The position numbers and the translations under genes were made by a program. Source: Pseudomonadota bacterium (lineage in GTDB: Bacteria > Pseudomonadota > Gammaproteobacteria > Burkholderiales > Burkholderiaceae_A). From it: DNA of 39,539 nucleotides. The notes under the pieces were generated by a model. The model was given only the letters and a program-made list of their open reading frames with translations, did not search any database and was not told where the DNA came from. The stretch is taken from contig JBDLRA010000035.1 in the NCBI GenBank assembly GCA_039800285.1, forward strand, positions 1-39,539. Reading direction: 5' to 3'. Below are positions 31,561 through 39,539 of this stretch, one piece after another (the stretch's first letter is position 1; every line of letters begins with the position of its first letter).

Positions 31561-32994
31561 TTAAATGTGTCGCGCCTCACCACCATGACCATGGCGCTGG
31601 TTGGGCGATAGGAGCGAGCCAATCACCATACCAAGGGCGCTTGCAAAAAGTCCGATTAACTGCGGCTCACCGGGCCCTTCAAAGCCGGTGATTTCGAGAA
31701 CGATCCAGGTAGAAAGCCCCATCGCGATGGCAAGGCCTGCGCCTAAGTTGCTGGCGCGCTTCCAGAAGAGACCTGCGGTCAGTGGCACAAAGGCACCAGC
31801 CAGGGTAATCCGGTAGGCATTCTCAACCATGGTGTGAATGCTGGAGTCGGTTGCAATCGCATAGTAGGTCACCACGGAAGTAAAGATCAGCACGGTGATG
31901 CGCGTCGCCCAGAGAAACTGCTGATCTGTCATGCGCGGTGCAAATCCTTTCAAGACGTTTTCCGTAAACGTGACGGACGGCGCCAGCAGCGTTCCTGACG
32001 CGGTACTCATGATCACCGAGATCAATGCCCCAAAGAAAACGACCTGCATAAAAAATGGCATGTGATTGAGAATCAGGGTCGGCAGAATAAGCTGGGAGTC
32101 GTCTGCCAGGAGTTTTTTCACCATCTCCGGATCGATGATGGTTGCGGTGTAGGCCAGAAACAATGGCACGGCCGCAAAGAAAAAGTAGGAGATGCCGCCG
32201 AGCGTCGTTCCCCAGACGGCAACAGTTTCGTTCTTCGACGAATTGACGCGCTGAAAGACATCTTGTTGGGGAATCGAGCCGAGTGCCATGGTGACCAGTG
32301 CGGCAATCCACCCCAGCATATCGATGAGGTCCAGCTTGGGGAGAAACTCGAACTTACCTTCCGCCGAGGCTTTCGCAATCACCTGTGCAACGCCACCGGC
32401 CTGATCCGCCGCGTTACTGGTCACGAGCAGTAGGCCGATAATGATCACGATCATCTGCACAAACGTGGTCAAGGCAACCGACCACATGCCACCAAAGATG
32501 GTGTAGACCAGAACAACCCCCGATCCAATCAGCATCCCTTGGGTGGTGCTGATGACGCCTTCGGAGAGCACATTAAAGACAAGGCCAAGTGCAGTGATCT
32601 GCGCTGCAACCCAGCCGAGATACGACACGATGATACAGATGGAGAGCAACAGTTCCGTCTGTCGGTTATAGCGCACTCGGAAGTAGTCGCCGAGTGTCAT
32701 GAGATTCATTCGATAAAGGGGCCGCGCAAAGAGCAGTCCAAACAGAACCAGACAGAGCGAGGCACCGAGCGGGTCAGAAATCAGGCCACGGAATCCCTCT
32801 TCGAGAAAGGTCGCAGAAATTCCGAGTACGGTCTCTGCGCCAAACCAGGTCGCAAAGACCATGGCCAGCACCATCACCATGGGCAGGTTTCGACCGGCCG
32901 TGATGTAGTCCCTCGCGTTGTGAACCTTGGTAGCACCATAGAGACCGATTGCGATCGACACAGCCAGATAGGCGAGGACAAGCCAGAGCAGCAT
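31561..32994 (-). CDS. Sodium:solute symporter family protein
   Basis: About 13 TM segments, ATWFGAET, YT..GGMWSV..T, SIPQQDVFQRV, MSTAS. Confidence 0.92.
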   Translation of the reverse strand: MLLWLVLAYLAVSIAIGLYGATKVHNARDYITAGRNLPMVMVLAMVFATWFGAETVLGISATFLEEGFRGLISDPLGASLCLVLFGLLFARPLYRMNLMTLGDYFRVRYNRQTELLLSICIIVSYLGWVAAQITALGLVFNVLSEGVISTTQGMLIGSGVVLVYTIFGGMWSVALTTFVQMIVIIIGLLLVTSNAADQAGGVAQVIAKASAEGKFEFLPKLDLIDMLGWIAALVTMALGSIPQQDVFQRVNSSKNETVAVWGTTLGGISYFFFAAVPLFLAYTATIIDPEMVKKLLADDSQLILPTLILNHMPFFMQVVFFGALISVIMSTASGTLLAPSVTFTENVLKGFAPRMTDQQFLWATRITVLIFTSVVTYYAIATDSSIHTMVENAYRITLAGAFVPLTAGLFWKRASNLGAGLAIAMGLSTWIVLEITGFEGPGEPQLIGLFASALGMVIGSLLSPNQRHGHGGEARHI

Positions 32995-33038
32995 CTCGAG
33001 AGAACCCTATAAAGGTTGGCGGGAAAAAACAGCCCCGA

Positions 33039-34610
33039 TTATAGGAGCCAGGGCTGCGCTAGGATCAGTCCAAAGAGAAGGGTTAGCACCACCAGAGCGG
33101 CCAAGATGAGCCACTGTAGCCGGCGTGTCTGTTGCTGGGCCTGTTCGATCGCCGTGATTCTCTGGGCGAGCTGTTGCCCCGGATCTTTACTGGCATGCAG
33201 CAAGGCCTGATGCACCAGTCTTGGGAGCTGTGGGAGCGTCTGAGCCCACTGCTCCGATTCTTTCCGAAGGCCTCGGCGAAGGGCTGCCAGACCGATCTGA
33301 TCCCGCATCCAGCGCTCAAGAAAGGGCTTGGCGGTTTTCCAGAGGTCGAGATCGGGGTCGAGCTGACGGCCAAGACCTTCTACGTTGAGCAGGGTTTTTT
33401 GGAGCAGCGTGAGCTGGGGCTGAATCTCTACGTTAAAGCGGCGGGACGCCTGAAACAGCCGAACCAGAACCTGACCTAAAGAGATCTCTTTCAGGGGACG
33501 ATCAAAGTAGGGTTCGCAGACACCCCGAATCGCGGATTCCAAGGCGTCGACACGGGTATCCGCAGGCACCCAGCCAGATTCCACATGCAGCTCCGCAACG
33601 CGTCGATAGTCTCGACGGAAGAAGGCTAAGAAGTTATGCGCCAGGTAGTTCTTGTCGAAGTCAGAGAGGGTTCCGACGATACCGAAGTCCAGTGCGATGT
33701 AGTGCCCAAAGTGGGGACCTCGGTCGGCCACCAAGATATTTCCCGGGTGCATGTCCGCATGGAAGAAACCATCCCGAAAGACCTGGGTAAAAAAGATCTC
33801 GACCCCTTCTGTGGCGAGCTGCTTTAAGGAGATGCCCTCGGCAGTAAGCCGTTCAAATCGATTAATCGGAATGCCATAAATTCGCTCCATGACCAGAACG
33901 TCATGACGGCAGTAGTCCCAGATCATTTCCGGAATTTTGAGAAGCTTGGCGTCCGCAAAGTTTCGACGTAGCTGGCTTGCGTTTGACGCCTCACGGATGA
34001 GGTCGAGTTCGTCGTGCAGATAGCCATCAAATTCCTGAACGTTTTCAACCGGCTTGAGACGTCGGCCATCGGTAGAGAATCGCGCGACAAAGCGGGCGAT
34101 CAACTTTAAAAGCCCCAGATCTTGCTCAATGATCTCCAGCATGCCGGGACGAAGCACCTTGACGGCCACCTCGCGGCCATCTTGGAGTCGACCCATGTGC
34201 ACCTGGGCGATCGAGGCACTTGCCGTGGGCATGACATCGAATTCAGAAAAAATCTCGTTAATCGACTTCCCTAGCGATCGCTCAATCGTGGCAATCGCCA
34301 ATGCGGAGTCAAACGGAGGAACCTGATCCTGAAGCTTGGCAAGTTCGTTGGCGATATCTTCCGGAAGCAGATCGCGCCGAGTTGAGAGCACCTGACCAAA
34401 CTTAACGAAGATGGGCCCAAGTTGCTCGAGCGCCATTCGAAGTCGTTCGCCGCGCGGCGCAGTAGCGCGACGACCCAGTCGTGAGACGGCAATCAGTCCG
34501 TTTAACAAGGTCGAGTCAAACGTCTTGGCCGCACCATTGAGCGCCAGCTGATCCAGCCGGAAACGCAGAACAACACGAACAATGGTGAGCAGACGAAAAA
34601 ACGATCGCAT
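33039..34610 (-). CDS. ubiB: Ubiquinone biosynthesis kinase-like protein UbiB
   Basis: [10 protein letters not shown] (KxGQ), [32 protein letters not shown]-terminal TM. Confidence 0.96.
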   Translation of the reverse strand: MRSFFRLLTIVRVVLRFRLDQLALNGAAKTFDSTLLNGLIAVSRLGRRATAPRGERLRMALEQLGPIFVKFGQVLSTRRDLLPEDIANELAKLQDQVPPFDSALAIATIERSLGKSINEIFSEFDVMPTASASIAQVHMGRLQDGREVAVKVLRPGMLEIIEQDLGLLKLIARFVARFSTDGRRLKPVENVQEFDGYLHDELDLIREASNASQLRRNFADAKLLKIPEMIWDYCRHDVLVMERIYGIPINRFERLTAEGISLKQLATEGVEIFFTQVFRDGFFHADMHPGNILVADRGPHFGHYIALDFGIVGTLSDFDKNYLAHNFLAFFRRDYRRVAELHVESGWVPADTRVDALESAIRGVCEPYFDRPLKEISLGQVLVRLFQASRRFNVEIQPQLTLLQKTLLNVEGLGRQLDPDLDLWKTAKPFLERWMRDQIGLAALRRGLRKESEQWAQTLPQLPRLVHQALLHASKDPGQQLAQRITAIEQAQQQTRRLQWLILAALVVLTLLFGLILAQPWLL

Positions 34611-34618
34611 AAGACTCG

Positions 34619-35515
34619 CTACTGACGGACAGGGGCTGTTGGGTGAAAGACGAGAGTGTGCGTCTCTTCTCGTTCGAATGTTAGATCGTCAAAGGCGCGA
34701 TCGCCATCCGGGTTCGGTGTCTGATCGGGCTGCAGTGACTGGAAGTCAAAAAGCGACCGATCAAGAAGGTGTGATGGCGCCACATTGCTGAGCGCCTGGA
34801 ACATCGATTCCACCCGCCCCGGGAAACGAGCTTCCCAGTCGATGAGCATCTGCTTGACCTGTTGTCGCTGCAGGTTTTCTTGGGAACCACACAGGTCGCA
34901 TGGAATGATGGGAAATCCGCGAATCTCAGCCCACCGTGCGAGATCTTTCTCTTCGCAGTAAGCCAGCGGACGAATGACCATGTGCCGGCCGTCATCAGAG
35001 ACAAGCTTGGGTGGCATGGCCTTCAGTTTTCCGCCGAAGAAGAAATTCAAGAACATGGTCTGCAAGATATCGTCACGATGATGTCCGAGGGCAATCTTGG
35101 TCGCGCCGAGCTCTGAGGCAACCCGATAGAGTACGCCGCGACGCAGTCGTGAGCACAGCGAACACATGGTCTTACCCTCAGGAATCACGCGCTTCACGAT
35201 CGAATAGGTGTCCTGGTCTTCGATGTGAAATGGCACATCGATACTTCTCAGATAATTTGGCAGCGTCTCTTTCGGAAATCCCGGGTGACCTTGATCTAGA
35301 TTGACCGCAATAAGTTCAAAATCAATAGGGGCCCGTTTGCGTAGACTGATCAGCAGGTCGAGCAGACCATAACTGTCTTTTCCACCGGACATACAGACCA
35401 TGACACGATCACCCGCTTCAATCATCTTGAAGTCGATAATCGCCTGCCCGGTCAGTCGATGGAGACGCTTTGAGAGCTTGTTTGTCTCAAAGGCAATTTT
35501 GTCGTGTGCATTCAT
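34619..35515 (-). CDS. ttcA: tRNA 2-thiocytidine(32) synthetase
   Basis: PP-loop [32 protein letters not shown] 35515 overlaps the folB stop. Confidence 0.96.
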   Translation of the reverse strand: MNAHDKIAFETNKLSKRLHRLTGQAIIDFKMIEAGDRVMVCMSGGKDSYGLLDLLISLRKRAPIDFELIAVNLDQGHPGFPKETLPNYLRSIDVPFHIEDQDTYSIVKRVIPEGKTMCSLCSRLRRGVLYRVASELGATKIALGHHRDDILQTMFLNFFFGGKLKAMPPKLVSDDGRHMVIRPLAYCEEKDLARWAEIRGFPIIPCDLCGSQENLQRQQVKQMLIDWEARFPGRVESMFQALSNVAPSHLLDRSLFDFQSLQPDQTPNPDGDRAFDDLTFEREETHTLVFHPTAPVRQ

Positions 35516-35907
35516 GATGTCTTGGGCGCCCAACGAAAGACTTCAATGCCAACGGTTTTGCAGTCCGGGTAGACATCCGGCTTTTGACTCTCCACGCGAA
35601 CGGCACGAACAGAAGGCTGTGTCAGACAGAGTGCTGCAATCTCGTCGATGAGTGTTTCTTGCAGATTAAAGTGTCGTGACTGGGCGATTCCAGCAACGCG
35701 CTGACGAATGAAGTCATAGTCCAGAACATCATCGACCTCATCGCGGTGCGAGGTGCTCTCCGCGATTGGCACAAAGAGATCAACGCTGATCAGAATACGT
35801 TGGCGGGCTTCTTTCTCGAAGTCATGAAATCCAATCGAGGCCTCGATGGAGAAGTCGTTCAGAAAGATCCGACGGCAGTCGGCAAGGCGTGGGTCTAATA
35901 GGTTCAT
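35512..35907 (-). CDS. folB: Dihydroneopterin aldolase
   Basis: IG.HDFEK...[23 protein letters not shown]. Confidence 0.9.
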   Translation of the reverse strand: MNLLDPRLADCRRIFLNDFSIEASIGFHDFEKEARQRILISVDLFVPIAESTSHRDEVDDVLDYDFIRQRVAGIAQSRHFNLQETLIDEIAALCLTQPSVRAVRVESQKPDVYPDCKTVGIEVFRWAPKTS

Positions 35908-36710
35908 GATCGGATCATCATCATGACATCCCGCGGCTGTGCCATCAGGTGCTGCCCCCCGTCGACAAGGAGCATCGTTCCGGTGACGGCACGGGCTTGG
36001 GATGCCCAGACCACCGCATCGGCGACTTCTTCGGGCCGGCTTGAGGCGCCTAGCGGTGTCATCTGGTGGGTCTTTTGAAACTCTTCTGGTGTCTGATCGC
36101 CAGAAGCAAGGGTGATGCCTGGCGCCACCCCTACGACGCGAACGACGGGAGCATAGGCCATCGCGGATAACCGCGTCGCCTCGAGCAACGCAGATTTTGA
36201 CAAGGTGTAGGCGAAGAAATCTGGGTTCGGGTTTGCGAGCTTCTGATCCAGCAGGTGGATGACCACCCCCAGCGGATCCTGCCCGGTGCGGTGCGACGGC
36301 GCAAGATGGGCATGAAGCTTTTGCGCAAGGAGCGTTGGGGCGATCAGATTGGCGGACATATGCGCCTGAATATTGGCGGCGCTCGTGGACTCTGGACGAT
36401 CAAATGAAAACTGCGAGGCATTGTTCACGACAGCTGACAGTCGCGGGAAGCGGGATCGAATCGCATCAAAGAGGGTGTCAATTGCAGACGCCTCACTCAG
36501 ATCAGCGGCAAAGGCCTCGCTATCGCGGCCAAGGGCCTGAATCATGGCAACGGTATCGCGCGCCTCGGACGCCGAAGACCGATAGTGAACGGCAATATCC
36601 CAACCGGCCTTCGCCATGGCCAATGCAATGACGCGACCCAGGCGGGTCGCGGCACCCGTAACGAGACAGGCGCGGGCAGGATGTTGCGAATCGGAGGCAG
36701 AACCAGACAT
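35904..36710 (-). CDS. SDR oxidoreductase, pteridine reductase/FolM-like
   Basis: TGAATRLG, VHY, NNAS, LLDQ, YTLSK. Adjacent to folB. Start at ATG 36710 (MSGSAS). Confidence 0.85.
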   Translation of the reverse strand: MSGSASDSQHPARACLVTGAATRLGRVIALAMAKAGWDIAVHYRSSASEARDTVAMIQALGRDSEAFAADLSEASAIDTLFDAIRSRFPRLSAVVNNASQFSFDRPESTSAANIQAHMSANLIAPTLLAQKLHAHLAPSHRTGQDPLGVVIHLLDQKLANPNPDFFAYTLSKSALLEATRLSAMAYAPVVRVVGVAPGITLASGDQTPEEFQKTHQMTPLGASSRPEEVADAVVWASQARAVTGTMLLVDGGQHLMAQPRDVMMMIRS

Positions 36711-36743
36711 ACCCGAAGTGTAGCTTTGATACCCTGCGTCCTC

Positions 36744-37940
36744 ATGCAGACACTTTCGGAAATCGTTGCGCATCGGATCCGCGCCGCAGGGGGCTGGATC
36801 GGTTTTGATGACTTCATGCAGGCCGTGCTCTATACCCCGGGGCTTGGGTATTACACGGGGGGCGGACAACCCTTTGCTCTGCCGGGGGATTCGACAGGGA
36901 GCCGCGGAGATTTTGTGACCGCCCCGATGCTCGGCCCTTGGTTGGCGGAGGCGATCGTGACCTGGGCCGCCCCACTCTGGCCGCAACTCACGGGCCTTGA
37001 GACGGGACGACGACCTGTCCGTGAATTTGGCGCTGGCCGTGGCGACCTTGCTGCTGCGCTGATGGCCAAAGGGGCATTCGAGATGGCGTTGATTGAGCTT
37101 AGTGCTGGCCTTCGCCAGATGCAGGCGCAGACCACGCAAGGGCTTGGCCAGATCTCTTGGCAGGACCAGCTGACGCCTGGTTTCACTGGGCTTGTGATTG
37201 CCAATGAGGTCCTGGATGCAATGCCTGTGAAGTGTTTTGAATGGGCGGGTGATGATCAGGTGCTTGAGTGGGGCGTCGCGCTCGTGGACGCATCGGCGAC
37301 CAGTCCAACGTTGCAATGGCAGCATCGGCCTGCCTCAGAGCCCTTACGTAAAGTGGTATTGGCGCGTCAGCAGGCCGCGACTGCACGGGGTTGGCCGTGG
37401 TCGCCGGGATACCGCGGTGAGTGGTGCCCTTGGACTGCCCCATGGATAGCAGCGCTATCCGAGAGCATGACCTCTGGTGCCGTGTTGTTGATTGACTATG
37501 GATTTGCACAGCCCGAGCTCGATCATCCAGGACGATCACAGGGATCTCTATCGGCGCACTATCGGCATCAGCGATTCGATCATCCGGACGCCCTGATCGA
37601 CCGCCTGGGACAACAGGATCTGACGGCGCACGTGGATTTCAGTCAGGCGGCGACTGCGGCTATCGACGCCGGGTTTTCTGTCTCTGGGTTTGTTTCGCAG
37701 TCGCGTTTCTTGATGGACTGCGGACTGATCGACAGTGCACAAACGGTGATTGATGGCATCAGCGATCAGAGAGAACGTTACCGAGTAATGCAGTCCCTTC
37801 AGACGCTGATGATGGAGTCCGAGATGGGAGAGGTGTTCAAATGCCTGTTGCTCACCAAGGGGTTAACGCCGCAAGGCCAGGCCGCATTGACAGAACTTGG
37901 TTTTTCGGCGGGAGACCGTCGAGAGAGTCTCTGGGCTTAG
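36744..37940 (+). CDS. SAM-dependent methyltransferase, MidA/NDUFAF7 family
   Basis: FM..LY.PGLGYY, GDFVTAP, EFGAGRG, ANEVLDAMP, IDYG, QDLTAHVDF, EMGEVFK. Start at ATG 36744. Confidence 0.93.
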   Translation: MQTLSEIVAHRIRAAGGWIGFDDFMQAVLYTPGLGYYTGGGQPFALPGDSTGSRGDFVTAPMLGPWLAEAIVTWAAPLWPQLTGLETGRRPVREFGAGRGDLAAALMAKGAFEMALIELSAGLRQMQAQTTQGLGQISWQDQLTPGFTGLVIANEVLDAMPVKCFEWAGDDQVLEWGVALVDASATSPTLQWQHRPASEPLRKVVLARQQAATARGWPWSPGYRGEWCPWTAPWIAALSESMTSGAVLLIDYGFAQPELDHPGRSQGSLSAHYRHQRFDHPDALIDRLGQQDLTAHVDFSQAATAAIDAGFSVSGFVSQSRFLMDCGLIDSAQTVIDGISDQRERYRVMQSLQTLMMESEMGEVFKCLLLTKGLTPQGQAALTELGFSAGDRRESLWA

Positions 37941-37966
37941 TAACCGTGCCTGCCCCTCGCTCGTGA

Positions 37967-39199
37967 TTAACGCACTGGGCGCTGAAAAAAAGCGTGTGCC
38001 TTCAGCTGCAAGACGCGCGCATTCAACACCGCTTGCTCGATTGGCTGCTGCGCGGCCTGTGCCTGGTTCGCCGCCTGTGCGACGGCGGTCGCCGCTGCCT
38101 CGCTTTGCAGGTGTGCGATCAGTGACGCTAGCTGCGCAGATTCTGCCTTGGTAAAAACCCCTTTGATGTCGAAACATTGGAGGAGCGATAAAAAGCGATC
38201 GGCTTTTCGAAGCGCATCGCCCTGTGTGAACCATTGCAGCAGCACGGCCGCGCTTGCATCGGTTGGTCCGTCTCGCAGCATTGACTGAACGGAGACTGCG
38301 CCGTCAGACTGCCGAATTAACAACTGGGCAAGCTCCTGGCAGGCCCTAGGCGCCTTAAACAAGTCTGGTGGCCCAAGGGGCGTTCCGTTGTTATCGATCA
38401 AGATCGCATAACGCTGCGCCAGATCTGCAGTCGATGTTGCCATCTGATCTAACAGGGTCATCGTCATCGCCTGCACCGCTGGCGCGTTCTGTGTGAGATC
38501 AGGCCAGGCACCGACAGCATCTAAAAGCCTCAGGCATTGCGATGGCTGACTCTCCATCAGCCCCTTACTGATTTCTTGCCAGACGCGTTCGGGTACCAAT
38601 GCCTTGGTCTCACCGGCGTCGACGATGGCGCGACAAAGGGCTGTTGTTTCAGGGGCGATAGCAAATGCTGGCCATCGCGCAGCAAAGCGGGCAAGCCGAA
38701 GCAGGCGAACAGGATCTTCGGAAAACGCAGGGCCGATATGACGAAGCGTTTTCGACTGGAGATCCGAAAATCCGTGACAAGGGTCTATCAATTGGCCCAG
38801 CGCGTCTGTGGCCATGGCATTGATCGTCAGATCACGGCGATAGAGATCTTCTGTCAGCGTGACACTGACATCCGCGGAAAAAACGAACCCTTTATAACCA
38901 GACCCCTGTTTTCGCTCGGTACGAGCGAGGGCGTATTCGTTGTGGTCAATCGGATGCAGGAATACAGGGAAGTCACTGCCCACTGGCGTAAACCCCGCGT
39001 CAATCATCTCCTGCGGGCGGGCACCTACCACCACATAGTCGCGGTCAGAGCAGGGCTGCCCCAGCAGCGTGTCCCGAACAGCACCGCCGACACAGTAGAT
39101 CTCAATGTCGCTGCGAAGTCGACTTCGAATCGGATCCGCAGCAGGCGTGAGTGCTGCAAGCGCCGCAATCTGTGCCGCAGAGAGATCAGGTTTTGGCAC
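37967..39199 (-). CDS. cca: CCA tRNA nucleotidyltransferase (HD domain degenerate)
   Basis: VGGAVRD, DRD, DFPVFLHP, EYALARTERK, EDLYRRDLTINA, EDPVRLLR, ERVWQE. Confidence 0.92.
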   Translation of the reverse strand: MPKPDLSAAQIAALAALTPAADPIRSRLRSDIEIYCVGGAVRDTLLGQPCSDRDYVVVGARPQEMIDAGFTPVGSDFPVFLHPIDHNEYALARTERKQGSGYKGFVFSADVSVTLTEDLYRRDLTINAMATDALGQLIDPCHGFSDLQSKTLRHIGPAFSEDPVRLLRLARFAARWPAFAIAPETTALCRAIVDAGETKALVPERVWQEISKGLMESQPSQCLRLLDAVGAWPDLTQNAPAVQAMTMTLLDQMATSTADLAQRYAILIDNNGTPLGPPDLFKAPRACQELAQLLIRQSDGAVSVQSMLRDGPTDASAAVLLQWFTQGDALRKADRFLSLLQCFDIKGVFTKAESAQLASLIAHLQSEAAATAVAQAANQAQAAQQPIEQAVLNARVLQLKAHAFFQRPVR

Positions 39200-39539
39200 G
39201 TCGCTCAGAAAGGCGTGCGCGGGGCGAGGCGTTGCCTAAATAGGTTGGCGCAGAGGCGTGAAGCGACAGCGGATGCGGAATCCCGAGATCGGGTGACATC
39301 GGCGCGCTGCCAACGTTGGGCACGCTCGCAGACGCGAGATTGTCACGCGACATCAAGGGCTGACCTGGCAGGTTTTCCATGACCAAGGCCTGGACCCATG
39401 CCGCGCTGTCCGGAAGCGGAATGATCGGGCGTGGGCAGCCAGCGTAGACACCGGCCCAATGCACCAGTTCATAAAGCGTGAGCACCTCGGGGCCAACGCA
39501 CTCATAGTGCTTACCAATCGTTGCGGGGTTCTTAAGACA
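39186..39539 (-). CDS. NAD-dependent epimerase, complex I NDUFA9-like family, 3' fragment
   Basis: Open frame from the window edge: ..YECVGPEVLTLYELV..RPIIPLP..QA..ME.LPG.PLMSRDNL. Usual neighbour of cca. Confidence 0.8.
   Translation of the reverse strand, partial: CLKNPATIGKHYECVGPEVLTLYELVHWAGVYAGCPRPIIPLPDSAAWVQALVMENLPGQPLMSRDNLASASVPNVGSAPMSPDLGIPHPLSLHASAPTYLGNASPRARLSERRAKT

Noticed and set aside
36711-37325. N-terminal extensions in the ORF track (SDR to 37325, M48 to 26710, MBL to 12094, rodA to 14960, gatB from 20889, methyltransferase from 36585)
   Set aside because: They overlap neighbouring genes; downstream ATGs fit family N-termini, stop/start overlaps or -10 boxes better.
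36744-39539. Novel complex I assembly cluster (NDUFAF7-like and NDUFA9-like genes flanking cca)
   Set aside because: From recalled synteny this is an ordinary Betaproteobacterial neighbourhood; the genes are convergent and no nuo genes are present.

Overview
Gene-dense core-genome window from a Betaproteobacterium, Burkholderiales-like by gene content and order. Left to right it holds: the 5' end of gshA; a sigma54/NtrC-type nitrogen operon (TorF-like porin-glnK-amtB); ubiK-comM; an MFS transporter, a lipoprotein and a DUF1840-like gene; metH; a long minus-strand run mreBCD-mrdA-rodA-GMC oxidoreductase-MBL hydrolase; gatCAB; a three-gene ECF sigma module; xth/pyrE; M48 peptidase/ampG; a minus-strand run SDR-folB-ttcA-ubiB-Na+/solute symporter-glmU-glmS-usp; a MidA-type methyltransferase; cca; and the 3' end of an NDUFA9-like epimerase. 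I saw no mobile element, CRISPR array, tRNA or rRNA. Three things most deserve follow-up: (i) the ECF module, whose secreted partner has six 19-aa helical repeats plus a His/Met-rich tail and whose candidate promoter sits inside a hairpin; (ii) a likely amtB 3'UTR-derived sRNA with two anti-Shine-Dalgarno seeds; (iii) repeated -10 boxes 6-10 nt before SD-less start codons, which suggests widespread leaderless transcription. All calls come from motif recognition by eye; no database search was run.
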